A DNA stretch of 63,028 bases, filler included, from Octopus bimaculoides (Eukaryota), in assembly GCF_001194135.2 (NCBI RefSeq). It is 5 parts of 5 records of this genome, joined end to end, with 100 filler letters (N's around TTAATTAATTAA, not from the genome) between each part and the next. Parts side by side here need not be neighbours in the genome. Positions count along the whole stretch, not along the records: positions 20,504 to 41,437 come from NW_026308349.1; 4 more parts are not named here. One strand, 5' to 3'. Below, piece by piece: positions 27,200 through 40,300 of this stretch; the first letter of the stretch is position 1, and each line of letters begins with the position of its first letter. Under the pieces are notes generated by a model. That model was not told the DNA's origin, ran no database searches, and saw only the letters and a list, made by a program, of their open reading frames with translations. The translations under genes and the position numbers were made by a program.

Positions 27200-28740
27200 T
27201 TGATTAGATTGGAGCATTTGTTGTTTATTTTCTTGTGAAAGGGATGTATTCAAATGGTCAGGTGGTCAATCTGCTGCCAGCTCCCTCTGCATGGCAACTT
27301 AGGCATGCACTCAGGTTGCACCACCTGCAACGATTTCTAGACAGTGAACATGTGTAGGCTCCGTTTGTGAGACACATCTTTTCCAACAGCTCATCTCTTT
27401 GATGGAGCTGCAATCCTGGGTGAAGGATAAACCAAGAATGGGTGCCTGGCACCTAGAATGTCATCAGGCACTCACTAGCCACTACCAGTTGGGCAATAGG
27501 AACAGTTGAGGAACCACTTTAGCTATTTAGAGAGGATTAGTTGTAGGGGAGTGCAATGAAATCCCCAGGGAGACCCAGGGTGTCAATGAAAACAAACTGG
27601 CTAGTCTGTTCTGGGGGACTACTATGGATAATTTTCAGATGTCTTTGGAATGGCAGTGCTACCGGTTCAAGATAAACTCTACAGGCATAGATGTGCTGTC
27701 AGATGGGCTTGTCTGAGGTGTAAGCAAAGCAACGAAACTCTTCTGGATGGACTCATTCAGTGTCCAGACATTACTGATTTGTGGAATTATGTTGAACAAC
27801 TGTTGTTGTGTGTGGGATGGATCTGTCTGTCAGACTAGTCCATAGTGATGATTGCTCTGTCACACTCCTTTAATCAGGCAGACAAGGTAGTTTTCCTTTG
27901 ACTGGTGACTGTGGCAAAAGAGGTTGTATAGTGGGCGAGACTGAAAGGAAGGAGGACAGAGACATTTCTCTTTGGTAGAGCCCTCATTGACCTTTTCAAG
28001 TTTCTTTTTAAAAGAAAAGTGGGGGTTGGGAGGGAGGTGCTATCCTCGAGTGAATTTATTAAAAGGAGAATGACCGTTACCAACGTCGCCTCCTGGCACT
28101 TGTGGCAGTGGCACGTGAAAAGACATTTGAGCAAGGTCGTTGCCAGTACTGCTGGACTGGCTCCTGTGCAGGTGGCACGTAAAATACACCATTTTGAGCA
28201 CGGCCGTTGCCAGTACCGCCTGACTGGCCTTCGTTCCGGTGGCATGTAAAAGCACCCACTACACTCTCGGAGTGGTTGGCGTCAGGAAGGGCATCCAGCT
28301 GTAGAAACTCTGCCAAATCAGATTGGAGCCTGGTGTAGCCATCTGGTTCACCAGTCCTCAGTCAAATCGTCCAACCCATGCTAGCATGGAAAACAGACGC
28401 TAAACGATGATGATGATGAGGAGGAGGCGGATGAAAGCTGCGAAAATGGCTTGAGTGGATGGTACCACTGTAAGTGTAGACCTGTGAGTTGGAAGAAAGG
28501 AATTGCAGAAGGCACTTATCCTTGGTATTAAGGGAGATCTTGAATGGTGAGGTTCCTCAATTATCCCTAGAGGTACTCCTGATACACATCACTATCATCT
28601 TCCCCTCCCCTCTTAATGTCATATAATCTGTATACTTCCCTTCTTTTTATTGTTCATTCCATTGTATGTAAACCCCAGAACTTTATGTCTGTCTTTGTAT
28701 TGTCCCCCTCATCCATTACCCTGGTGGCAAATAAAAGACA
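27200..28740 (+). mobile_element. L1/Tx1-clade LINE 3' portion, interrupted by an RTE 3' end
   Basis: 'LPVQDKLYRH...ACLRCKQSNETLLDGLIQCPDITDLWNYVEQLL' is a decayed CCHC knuckle of L1/Tx1 ORF2. The 3' end carries 'gtggcaaataaaag' before a (CAT)n tract. Confidence 0.7.
28130..28420 (+). mobile_element. RTE-like LINE 3' end with (GAT)n tail
   Basis: High similarity to the reverse complement of 26290-26470 and 31612-31800. Confidence 0.85.
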
Positions 28741-29150
28741 TCATCATCATCATCATCATCATTATTATTATTATTATTATTATTTTTATTGAGTGAGAGA
28801 GCAGTACATGCCATCAAAGTGACACTGAGGTAAAATATACGAAGCCCATTATACCCATCATGACTACCCATCTGATAAGGATACACCAGGCACATGCATC
28901 ACAACCATATGTGCGCAACAGGGTGATCTCACATCAAGGTAAACAGCGCATCACCTCGCAGGTGGAGCCCAGTTAGAATTTTCTTCAAGTCGAGTAGCCC
29001 GTCCCGCTCAAAAGGTCCCTGAATAAAGTTTGCTTAAGGATGTTGAGCAAAACACTTATGTTTCCAAAGGTGAGTTATTCAAACCCCAAAGAATTCCTCT
29101 CAACACATGGCTATGATGCCCCCACTACTTCTGCTCATGATCTCAAAGGA
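28740..29150 (-). mobile_element. Probable retroposon 3' end, unclassified
   Basis: Non-coding block that ends (minus strand) in an (AAT)n/(GAT)n tail. Not duplicated within the window. Confidence 0.35.
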
Positions 29151-30016
29151 ATTAGAACAAGGTTGAGCAGTTTCATTATCTTATTCTTATTTTTCAGAAG
29201 TTATGTTTTTATCATATACTTTCACTGCACTACCAAATGCAGTTCTTTGTGCCTTAGCTACAGATAGTTTTATTTTGGTTTTGCATTTTCTATTATATTA
29301 AAAGTATCAAAAGTATCTTATGTAACATGTGCAGTACCTAGTTGTGTTATTTCTGTAAGTTGTGCATATTTGTACAGATTTGTAAGATTTTGGATATGTA
29401 TTTGTCAGTATGTTTTTTAATCATTCTCCAAGCACATATTATTTTAGGGGTTGCTCCTATTATCAGGCCCTACATTCTGGTTATCTCTATTTACAGACCT
29501 TTAAACCTTTATACATGTTGTCCTTTTATTACAGACAAATTATTATCTATTGAAAAAGACATTTTTGTTAGGGAATGCTCTTGTTTTCAGTCACTACATT
29601 CTGATTATCTCTATTTAAAAATCTTTATACACTTTCTCCCTTTTTATTTAAAGCTACATTATTATCTGTTGTAGTAGAAACTTTGATTAGGCCTTCCTGT
29701 TTTCAATCCCCACATTCTAGTTATCTCTATTTCTAGATCTTTTAGACTTGGATAATGTCTCAGTTTCATCTAGAGACACATCACTGTCTGTTGAAACTGA
29801 GACTTTGATTATATGGGTGGTTCCTTTGCTGGTCGTCCTTGATCAAAATATCCGAACAATTAGCTTTGCTGTCTCCTTCTCTGTGTGAACTGGCATATTC
29901 AAACATATGGATACTTCGTAATCTTTTAGGATATTTTTTTAGTGTATTCCTAAGCCCCATCTTTTCAGTTGGTATTTCATAGTCTTCAGTGTATGAGAGC
30001 TTCAACTCTGTCATAC

Positions 30017-30065
30017 CTGTAGGTAGCCAGAAAGAATGTGGTTAATTGCTTCTTCTCCATATATT
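30017..30065 (-). CDS. Candidate internal exon (IYGEEAINHILSGYLQ or YMEKKQLTTFFLATY), gene unknown
   Basis: Strong donor CAG|GTATGA and weak acceptor 'aacttcAG'; two frames are open. Confidence 0.2.
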
Positions 30066-30169
30066 CTGAAGTTACTTAACATATTTCAATACTTTTCAAT
30101 ATTTTTGGTAGTGTCTGGTGGGGAGCCTTTGTACTGCAATCAAGACACCTTCAGTCTCAACTTTGAATC

Positions 30170-30222
<53 letters not shown>

Positions 30223-30559
30223 AATGTATGTGTATTTTTTCAATGTGTACAAATAACATGGCAAAAATAGTTACCAGGGTAGCAAAAATTCACATAACTG
30301 CCAAGGATGTTACAGCCTACTTATAAAGGTAGAAATTCCAGGGTTAAGTGAAATTAAGAAATGGAATTAAACGCAGGTGTTATTCAAATCTTTATACTTC
30401 TGACATATATCTATATAATTGTCACTAAATTAGACTAGGGTGTTAGAAACACCTACATTGCTAGAAATAAGTGCTAAAATGCTCTAATGCTGTAGTCAAA
30501 GCACATAATTGTATGCATTTACACTGATAGGGACTATAATCACCTGAAGTGAAGAAAGT

Positions 30560-30880
30560 GTAGGGTTGTGAGATCCATTTACTTTCTACAGCATAAGGTG
30601 CATAAAGAGTGCTTGTAAAGACAAGAACATGACATACATTGGTGAGACTTCTAGAAGCATTGTGGAGAGATTAAATGACCATTTGAGACAATATGATGAC
30701 AAGAAATAGTCCTCAATACTCTACCAACATGGCGTAGCCCAACATGGAGGCACATTGAGTTAACCTGACATTCAAGTTTTATCAAAGCACCCGAAGGACC
30801 CAACACTCAGACAAATACAGGAGTACGTCCTCATAAATGAAACATCCCCTGTACTAAATAGGAGATACGCATCGAAGGTA
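30560..30880 (+). mobile_element. Penelope-like GIY-YIG endonuclease remnant
   Basis: 'YSIRC..AC...MTYIGETSRSIVERLNDH...ILYQH...H...DPTLRQIQE.VLI...PVLN', with stops. Confidence 0.75.
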
Positions 30881-31611
30881 GTGATACCCCAATACCCACT
30901 GATTATACATGCACTGGTAGATTTATTAGTAGGCAGTTATGTAGGCGAATATATATTATATATATATATATATGTTTATAGGTAGGTAAATGGATATATA
31001 AGTAAGCAGACAGAGAAGTAGATAGATAGGTACATAGGTCACACAGACAGACAAGCACACACATATTCAAAAGGGGACAAAAACACATGACCATATACAC
31101 ACATGTACACTCCACACACACACACACACACACTCTACACACACACACAAGGACACATATGGAAACACAAATCCATATATAACAGACGCATGTACAAAAT
31201 CACACAAACTCTTACACATAGACACACTCAAACATGCACACACAGGGAGACAGAAGTATACACACACACACACACACACATACATGCACACACACATACA
31301 AACACACAAACATGAATACACAAACATATGAATATGCCGAATACATACATACAAACGTACACACACGCATACATATATATGCATAAGCACACAGATACAT
31401 ACATACATGCATGTATACATACATACATACATATATACATACGTATGTACACATGTGTATACACATGCACACATATGTACACAAACAAACAAACACAGCT
31501 CCGATAACAGACAGAGTCAACAACTATTGAAGACTTTGCAAGAATCAACAAAAAGTTTAGAAAAAAAATTAAATAAATAACTAAATGAGTGGAAATTGAA
31601 CCAGTGAGTAT

Positions 31612-31860
31612 CGTCGTCGTCGTTTAACGTCCGCTTTCCATGCTAGCATGGGTTGGACGATTTGACTGAGGACTGGTGAAACCAGATGGCTACACCAGGC
31701 TCCAATCTGATTTGGCAGAGTTTCTACAGCTGGATGCCCTTCCTAACGCCAACCACTCAGAGAGTGTAGTGGGTGCTTTTACGTGTCACCCGCACGAAAG
31801 CCAGTCAGGCGGTACTGGCAACGGCCACGCTCATCTCACTCGAGAAACCTCATGTGTCAC
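31612..31860 (-). mobile_element. RTE-like LINE 3' end
   Basis: Near-identical to 26296-26480. Confidence 0.85.
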
Positions 31861-32016
31861 CCACAAAGCATTAAAACAGAAGGACTCTCCCCAGACACAA
31901 CACTATATATATATATATATATAGTTTCATAAATGCCAATGCATGAAACTCTTACTACTTAAGTCACTTTGTAACATCTACCAATAAAATACGCACACAT
32001 ACACACACACACATGC

Positions 32017-32051
<35 letters not shown>

Positions 32052-32061
32052 TGTATGTATG

Positions 32062-32770
32062 TGTTATCATTCAGTTTTATTTCATGATTTCTTGCCAACA
32101 GAGAAAGAGTCAGTTTCTAACCTAGATCCAAGGCTCTTTCATTGGAATTTCAACATCAACAAGGTGTTTGTGCATGTTTTGTGTGTGTGTGTACAATATT
32201 TGGTGTCAGTGCATGTGCAAATTTGTATGTCTTGTTTTACATATGTATTCTCATGCATATAGTTTCATGTCTAGAGATGCACATATATATTCAATTGCTT
32301 AATTTCTGGAAAGTTTTACAAATTCTCACAGTTCCAATGATGGCTTGAATCTGTAATCTTCTAATTAGTTTTCACTTTTTCTGGTTTTGTGAAGCCCAAT
32401 TTCTCATGATTCGTGCTTAGGCAGTGCCCCAATAATTGCAGGTGTAAACCTGAACTTATAATCCAGGTAGAGTAGCTGTAAATTTCTCAATAGTTCAGTG
32501 AGAGTGTTTTCTTTTTTGCTGATCAATAACTTTATGTTGATATCTGCTGAGCAACTGATTTCCACAACTGCACAATTTCTCTTCTCAGTCCCAAATTAGT
32601 ATATCTGGTCTATTATGTTTACATTTCATTGAGGTCTATATTGGGACATTCCACCATGTTTCTATGTATGTATTCAAGTGGTATATCTTTAGTTATAATA
32701 TATAACTTGTCCAGAAAGTTACCATTGGTTTCATGTCTACAATTACTCTGGGCAATATAGATGACTCATT
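32062..32770 (-). mobile_element. R4/Dong-like RLE LINE 3' fragment
   Basis: Collinear with 37380-37950; encodes 'VVEISCSADIN...ELLRNLQLLY...IIGAL'. (TACA)n tail at 32022-32060. Confidence 0.8.
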
Positions 32771-32924
32771 AAACAGCCTCTTTACTGATGGAGGTAAATA
32801 TACAGTTTTGGTCAGTTTAGTGATGAAAAAAAAAAAACTGATACAAAAGAACTTTTCTGAGAGAGAAAGGAGAGTTGCCTACCCTTGTGAAATTCTATTA
32901 GTAGCCGAAACAGGTATCTTTTCA

Positions 32925-33655
32925 GAAATCTCTGTACCTGGCTTTCGTTGACATGGAGAAAGCCTTTGACAGGGTCCCCCAATCCCTTATCTGGTGGTCA
33001 ATGAGGAAACTAGGGATAGATGAATGGTTAGTGAGAGCTGTGCAAGCCATGTACAGGGACGCTGTCAGTAAGGTGAGGGTTGGCAACGAGTAGTGAAGAA
33101 TTCCGGGTAGAGGTAGAGGTCTACCAAGGTTCAGTCCTCAGCCCCCTCTTATTTATCATAGTCTTCCAGGCAATAACACAGGAATTCAAGATGGGATGCT
33201 CCTGGGAGATCCTCCATGCTGATGATCTTGCCCTAATTGCTGAGTCACTATCAGAACTAGAGGATAAGTTTCAGGTGTGGAAGCAAGGACCGGAATCGAA
33301 GGGCCTTAGAGTCAACCTAGCTAAAACCAAAGTCCTAATAAGTAGGAAGGTAGACAAAACACAAACCCCTTCAGGTAGATGGCCCTGCTTGATCTGTAGA
33401 AAAGGCGTAGGTAGAAACTTCATAAGTTGTACCCAGTGTAAGCTATGGACACATAAGAGGTGCAGCAATATCAAAGGAAGGCTAACTAGGAAGATAGTTT
33501 TTGTATGTGGTAGATGCTCAGGAACAATAAACACTGAAAATGTGCAGAAAACAACCTTTACCACATTCCAAGGTGAAAGACTAGAAGTAGTTGATAGCTT
33601 CTGCTATCTAGGTGACCAAGTTAGTAGCGGGGGAGGATGCGCTGAAAGTATAGGA
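32925..33655 (+). mobile_element. RTE/RTEX-like reverse transcriptase fragment with embedded PHD-type zinc finger
   Basis: 'LYLAFVDMEKAFDRVP', 'QGSVLSPLLF', 'HADDL' and 'FCYLG', plus a Cys4-His-Cys3 motif at 33386-33517. Confidence 0.9.
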
Positions 33656-34920
33656 GTGACACAATATTCATTATCCTAAGTCTGCTATCAGTGTGTTGAT
33701 TTTCATGTGTGACAAAGCTGAGTTCTTGTGAACAACATATTTAGAAGCTATGGGTTTCATGTAATAGGAGTGGAGGAGCTGCACTCTGTTGTTCACAGTC
33801 TATAACCAAAGTTCAGTATCAAGGACAGGGGAGTCTATGGTTAGGGTACTTAGTTGAGTAATTTATAGTTACCTTGATACTTTTGGTGGATGGAGTTAGC
33901 TATGTGCTGGATGCTCTTCATTATGCTCTTCTCAGTTTCTACACTACACTTACTAAAGTTTGTCCTAACTAAAATATTAATATCATCTACATACCTAGCC
34001 AAGGGTTGTTTAAGTTTTCTGTCCCACCAGGTCATGAAGAGGCCAGCCACACCGACACCAATGGCTGCACCTTGAACCTGCATGTATAGTTTCCTGTTAA
34101 ACTTTACTATGTGGTTCTTATGCTAGTTCCTATTGCATATGCAATCATTCTTTTCACCTGATTGTTGTTCTCAGGGTCCTGGGTGGGTATGGTCCAACCA
34201 TTCCGGTGCTCTGTGGTGCTTTTCTTCGCTGCCAAGATGGTGAGTGGTCTTTCCCTCTGTGACCTGGTGGGGCAGAATCTACTAAGGTCATGGTTGTCTA
34301 GGTAGTTACTGTCATAGCTTAGTTTAAGGAGGTCCAGTTCTCTCGTGTTGACTTCACGGAACTCTACTTCACACTCACAGATAATCTCAATGTATTTTCC
34401 ACTGCAAAATCTATGACCATAGGTGGGTAGTGAAACTACATCCATACAAACCACTACACAACCTGTGAGGTTGTTGGAGTGGTTACAACTACTGATCCTA
34501 CTGAAGGGATCCCCCAAGCTTGCACAGACATCATGGGACATTTCAATGACTGGTTGTAAATACCTGTGAGAGGAAGTAGGATAGCCTATGATTGTTATAG
34601 ATATTCGTTACACTAACTGACCAGGTTGGGGGCTCCATAACAGGGTTTATGTAGGGTTTATGATCCTTAAGTAACCTGTATAGCCTAGAAACATCGTTGT
34701 TGAATGCTTGGAAATTTTATGCGGTCCATTTCTTGGGTTGGAGTATGTTGCACCACATCCCCATGTGTGCATTGAGAAGTTTTCCCACTCTTCCATGTTC
34801 CTGTGGTGCAACTTCTCTCATGCTACTGATGTTGTTGCATGGTCTGGACATAGTTCTGTGGGCTGTTTATCAACAATCTGTCAGACTTGTCCATAGGGAA
34901 GCACACTAAATCCCTGTTCC
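33655..34920 (-). mobile_element. Penelope-like reverse transcriptase remnant
   Basis: 'PMDKS', 'LYRLLKDHK', 'MDVVSL', 'GAAIG', 'FMTWWDRKLK', 'RYVDDIN' and 'YYMKPIASK', with frameshifts. Confidence 0.8.
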
Positions 34921-35004
34921 TAGTTTGCTATTTCAGTTTTTGTAGGCTTTTGGCAACAGATAAACTGAATTATGTTGCAATGTTATAGTAAAAATGACAA
35001 GTCA

Positions 35005-35453
35005 TGTGAAATTAAGCTACCCAGAATTTCCTGGTCAAAATATTAATTTACTTCGCCATTTTTCAAGCTGAGATGAAGACCGTTTATCAGTTGCTTTTAA
35101 GCAGATGGCTTTTGAACAAGGAACACTGATAAGGAAGAAAACAAAATGAAAAACACAGGGGAGATAACCAATGTAACAATAAACAAATGTCAAAAGGGCG
35201 TTAACAAGATTTTAATGGTTTACGATTTGGTGGAATTTAAAAATAAGCCACCAGACACATCGTAAACCATTACTACACTATCTTGTGTACTCCTTTTTGA
35301 CGTGTATTATAACGTAGGTTAACTCCCCTGTGTTTTTCTTTTTTGTCTTTTTCTTTATGAGCATTCCTTATCCAAAATTTATTTTGCTAGCTTCAAAATT
35401 GGCGAAATAGATTAATGTTTCAGCTGGGAAACCCTGGCTAGTTGTATTTCACA
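35005..35453. mobile_element. Fold-back MITE-like element (~450 bp imperfect palindrome)
   Basis: 35005-35235 aligns with the reverse complement of 35250-35453 (e.g. 'gaaaaacacaggggag.taacc', 'taatggtttacgat', 'ttcgcca.tttt.aagct'). Confidence 0.8.
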
Positions 35454-35615
35454 AGATTTGTGGTTTTTAATTCTAATATTGTCTTTATTCTTTTAGCTGA
35501 TCGAGTGCTATCCTACTTGTTGAAGTCTTACCACATAATACACACACACACACATCGTTTGTAGAAATACATGAACCCAGAGGAGAAGCACACTCTAAGA
35601 TGTAGGACATTTAAT

Positions 35616-37157
35616 AATATTGTGAGGTAGGCTAGTTTATGGGGTTATCTCCCTTCACCACTGTCCAGCAATCTTTGGTCGCGCCATCATCTTGCAGTCA
35701 CAAAAGCACCCCGAAGGTACACAATTGTCTCCCTTCAGCCTTGGCTATTGCTTTTCTGCTGTAGTACCACCCTGCAGGTTCCAAAAAACCAGCAGGAGTT
35801 TTCTAAAATGCATGCATGGCCTCAAAATATCCGTCCTGGAGTTCAGGATGCCCCTTGGCATGAGCGAGTCTTTAAGGATCCTTGTGTGTTTTGCAATGCA
35901 TAACTTGTACCGTTTGATCCTGTTGATGTAGAGGCCTGAGTTCTTGAATATTTTCTATGTGATCAAGTATGGAATCTCTTCATCTCTTAATTACCAAATA
36001 AGGAAGACAGACGATTGGAAATATGCTGTCTCAGAGAGTTCCCATTGCACCCCACGTACTTCTGTGGGTGCATGATGTTGTTGAGCCTGTTGCTGTTGTA
36101 GGTGCTGCTGCTGATGATGCTGTTGTTGCTGCTGATGCCACTGCTGGAGTTGGGGCTGCTGCTGTTGGTACTAGTGTCATTGGGAGTGCTGTTGGTGCCA
36201 CTCATATTCTCATCCCTGCACGTGTTGCCTGTAGTGCAATTGCTGTTGCTGCTGTTGTTGTTGTTGCTGCTGCCAGTGTTGCAGTTGTTGTTGATGGAGC
36301 CAGGGCCACTGGTGTTGTTGCTGGTGCTGGTGGAGGATTGATCCTCAGCAGCGACGATGACAACAACAGCAACAACACCAATGCCAGCAACTGCACCACA
36401 GGCAACATGCGCAGGGATGAGAATATGACTGACACCAACACCAACATGAAGAGTGACAACACTACTGACAGCATCAGTGTTAATGGTAGCAGCATCAGCA
36501 CCACCAACAGCAACAGGCTCAATGACATCATGCACCTGCAAAAGTATGTGGGGTGCACTGGGAACTCTCTCAAAGAGCATATTTCCAATCATCTGTCCCC
36601 CTTCAGAGTCCTGGAAAGGAGATACATGACATCGCTGGCCAGCCATATCTGGCAATTAAGAGATGAAGAGATCCCATACTCGATCGCATGGAAAATACTC
36701 AAGAACCCAGGTCCCAACATCAACAGGATGAAACAGTGCAAGTTATGCATTGCCGAACACACAAGAATCCTTAATGACTCACTTGTACCAGGGGATATCC
36801 TGAACTCCAGGATGGAAATTTTTCGGGCCATGCATGCATTTTAGAAAACTCCTGCTGGTTTTGTGGAATCTATAGGGTGGCACTACAACCGGAAACCAAT
36901 AGCCAAGGCCAAAGGGAGACAATTAGTTACCTTCAGAGTGCTTTGGTGACCGCAATATGGTGGCACGACTGAAGATCAATGGACAATGGCAAAGGGAGAT
37001 AATCACCTAGGGTTTTACCCTTAAAACCGAGGCTTTTCTTCCTCCATATTTTAAAGAGATCTCAGGCCAGCAGTGTTTGGAGTCTGAAGATACGCCACAA
37101 GGCTAAACCCCTTATGAGCGAGAAACCCCAGCATAACCGCATAAATCAGCCTACCCT

Positions 37158-37165
<8 letters not shown>
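35616..37165. mobile_element. Penelope-like GIY-YIG fragment in inverted (head-to-head) duplication
   Basis: Right arm (+) encodes 'KYVGCTGNSLKEHISNH...SLASHIWQLRD...IAWKIL...CKLC'. The left arm 35616-36265 is its diverged reverse complement, with a low-complexity centre. Confidence 0.85.
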
Positions 37166-37207
<42 letters not shown>

Positions 37208-37371
37208 TAAATCAAAAATAAAAACTGGAAAAACAACAAAAGTCAAGAGGATGTATACAGTAAATGTATTTGATTGATGTTCTGAGAAAGTTTAAGATAT
37301 ATGTGTGTGTGTGTGTGCGTACACTCACACATAGTCAAGGTCATAGGTGCAAAACAAGATGCATAAACTTT

Positions 37372-40300
37372 GTATGTATATGTTGTTATTCAGTTTTATT
37401 TCAAAATTTCTTTCCACTAGAGCAAGAGCCAGTTTCTAATCAAGATTCAAAGCTCTTTCATTGGAATTTCAACAACATCAACAGGGTATTATGTATGAAG
37501 TCTGCATGTGTAGATTTGTATGTTGTTTTTTGTATGTATTCTCATGCATATCATTGAACATTTAAACAAGCACTTATATACTCAAATGCTTAACTTCTGG
37601 AAAGTTTTACAAATTCTTACAGTTCCATTGATGGTTTGAATCTGTAGTTGTCAAATTAGCCTTTTTTACTTTCTGGTTTTGAAAAGCCTAGTTTCTCAAA
37701 ATTGCTGACTAGACATTCAGTGACATATCCAAGTGCCCCAATAATTACAGATATAAACCTTGTAATACAGGTAGAGTAATTGTAAGTTTCTCAATAGTTC
37801 AGTGTGTTTTCTCTTTCACTGATCTTTAACTTTATGTTGACATCTGCTGAGCAGCTAATTTCCACTACAGTATAGTTTCTCTTCTCTATCATATATCACT
37901 ATGTTTACGTTTTATTGAGGTTTTCACTGGAACATTCCACCAGCTCTCTTTCATATTATGAGTAACTATGGCCTCTACCATAATGTGGGTTCTTACCTTT
38001 TTGGCCTCAGGGTTATTCTTGCAACAAATCTCATTATACAGTGTCTTGTCTACAACATCATGTCTCATCAGTAGATAATACCATGATGAAATTTTTGGAC
38101 AGCTGCTTCTGATGTGGGTGATATCTTAGTGTTAACTTCACAAAGTCTGCATCAGTTATCACATTTTGGTGTTTTCCTGCATCTCTGTCCCTTTTTTGCA
38201 TCAGGTATTATGTTGCTATTTCCTGTTCCTGGATTGCAAATACATACCCTTCAAAGTGAGAGTTAGTAATCCAGTTCTTTGTCCATGATAGACTGCTTTG
38301 GTGCTCAATGTTAGTCATCTTGGACCTTTCTGCTAACATGTCTATGCATGGTCTTCTGTTGATAGACGCTCATTCTTTCATTTGGTTATATGTTGTGTTA
38401 GAGTCATGCAACTTTTTGGGTTCGTGTTCAAGGTTATCAGACAAGGAATGTTGATCAAGGAGCTGCTTTGCAAGATGTTACCTGCCTTATGTATGCAAAC
38501 TTGGTCAAGTGGGTGCAGTTTGATACTTGATGGTTAAAAGATGCTGCCAAAGAGATATGATATGACATTCAAAGGCAGTCTGGATTGACGTTAAGCCACC
38601 ACCTTCTTGTTTCATTTTAGGTAGAAGTGGTTTACATCGCTGTTGAATCAAAAATCATGTTTGTTGGTCAGTATCACCCAGGTTTTCACATCAATGGCTC
38701 AGATTTCATCAAGTGTCCAATCAAGTTGCTCAAATGTTGGTATGCATACAGCTACTGGAAACACATTGTGGGTCACTGTTTTATTGAATGTAGAATTCCA
38801 AGGTTCATATTTTCCTTATCTGGGAATATTTTTTGTGACATATGCCTCATCACAGGTACCATTGTATATGTTTTCATCTATCCCTAGGAAAGAGAAATCA
38901 GATATGCAAGAAACAGTTAAGTCATTGTTGGAGATGCTGCTAGTCAGGTTTATAGTTTTCCATCTTTTCACAACCATATAGCAACATTTATCCTGACCAA
39001 ACTCCAACCTATGTCCTTTAAGAATGTTGTAACCAGGTCATCTCATGTGTACACTTGGTATACAGTTTCAAATCATCCACAAAGAGGCAGTGTGTAATTT
39101 TGGTATTTCTGTCTCCCTGTGAATCAGTGAAACACCCTTCAGACTTCCTCAACATAATTGACAAGGGGTTGTGGTGAACCCTACTGGAGTTGTGTTTCCT
39201 ACTTCGCTACAGGATATTCTGGAATATGTTGCAACTTCCTGTAGGAATGCCAACAGGTGTCATTACTACTAGATGATAAAAAGCGAAGAACCGTGAAATT
39301 CTCTCTCTTCTTCTTCTTGCGTGGCTTTCTCTGGCACATAAGCTCTTTGCCTGACCACTTGACTTGCAAAGTCATACACAACTAACCTGATGTCTTGGAC
39401 TTGCAATGACAAGCTCTATATTAGCAGCTTTTAGATAAAATAACACGTTTATATATATCTACTCTGCTGTTCCATGCATTTGCCTTTGTACTACTCAAGC
39501 TGATTTAAATATAACATGTATTCAGAATCTGTCTTAACTTCATTGCTTCTCCTCCAATACACATCGAAACAAACTACAAGCACTGCACCCACGCAGTGAC
39601 CACATGCACCTTTCCCTTCATCAACATTCCTGATGACTTGTAGTTGTCGTCATGTACACTGGCCAAAAAAACTGTGCAAGACTATATTCAAACTTCCTTT
39701 TCATGCATCAACTTTTGAACTGTTTTGTTGTTCCACTTCACATGTGCATTCATTTTGTTCTTTGGAACTGTTGGTTTTACATTTTCTGCTTCGTAGTAAT
39801 CACCTGCACCTTATCTCACCTTTCTTTTTGGTCCTTCATCACAGAGTGCTGATATTTTCAACTAGTCGTTGAAAGGAGGAGTATTTGTGGCAAACCCTAC
39901 TGGAGAGAAAGGGAAATAAACGGGGGGGGGGGCTGCGTTTTCTATTTTGCTACAGGATATTCTGGAATATGTTGCAACTTCCAGTAGGAATGCCAACAGA
40001 TGGCATTACTGCTGGTTGATATAAAAAGTGAAGTACCGTGAAATTTTCTCTCTTCCTCTTCTTGCTTGGATTTCTGTAGCACATTAGCTCATTGCCTGAC
40101 TGCTCGACTTGTGTGGTCACACACAGCTAACCTGATGTTTTGGACTTGCAACGAGCTCTATATTAGCAGCCTTTAGATAAAATAACACGTTTGTATATAT
40201 CTGCTCTGTTGTTCCATGCATTTGCCTTTGTACCACTCAAGTTGATATAAATATAACATGTATTCAGAACCTGTCTTAACTTCATTGCTTGCCATGCATA

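Noticed and set aside
29781-30014. 77-aa minus-strand ORF MTELKLSYTEDY...
   Set aside because: Its ATG lies inside a consensus splice donor (CAG|GTATGA), so it is more likely intronic; no homology recognised.
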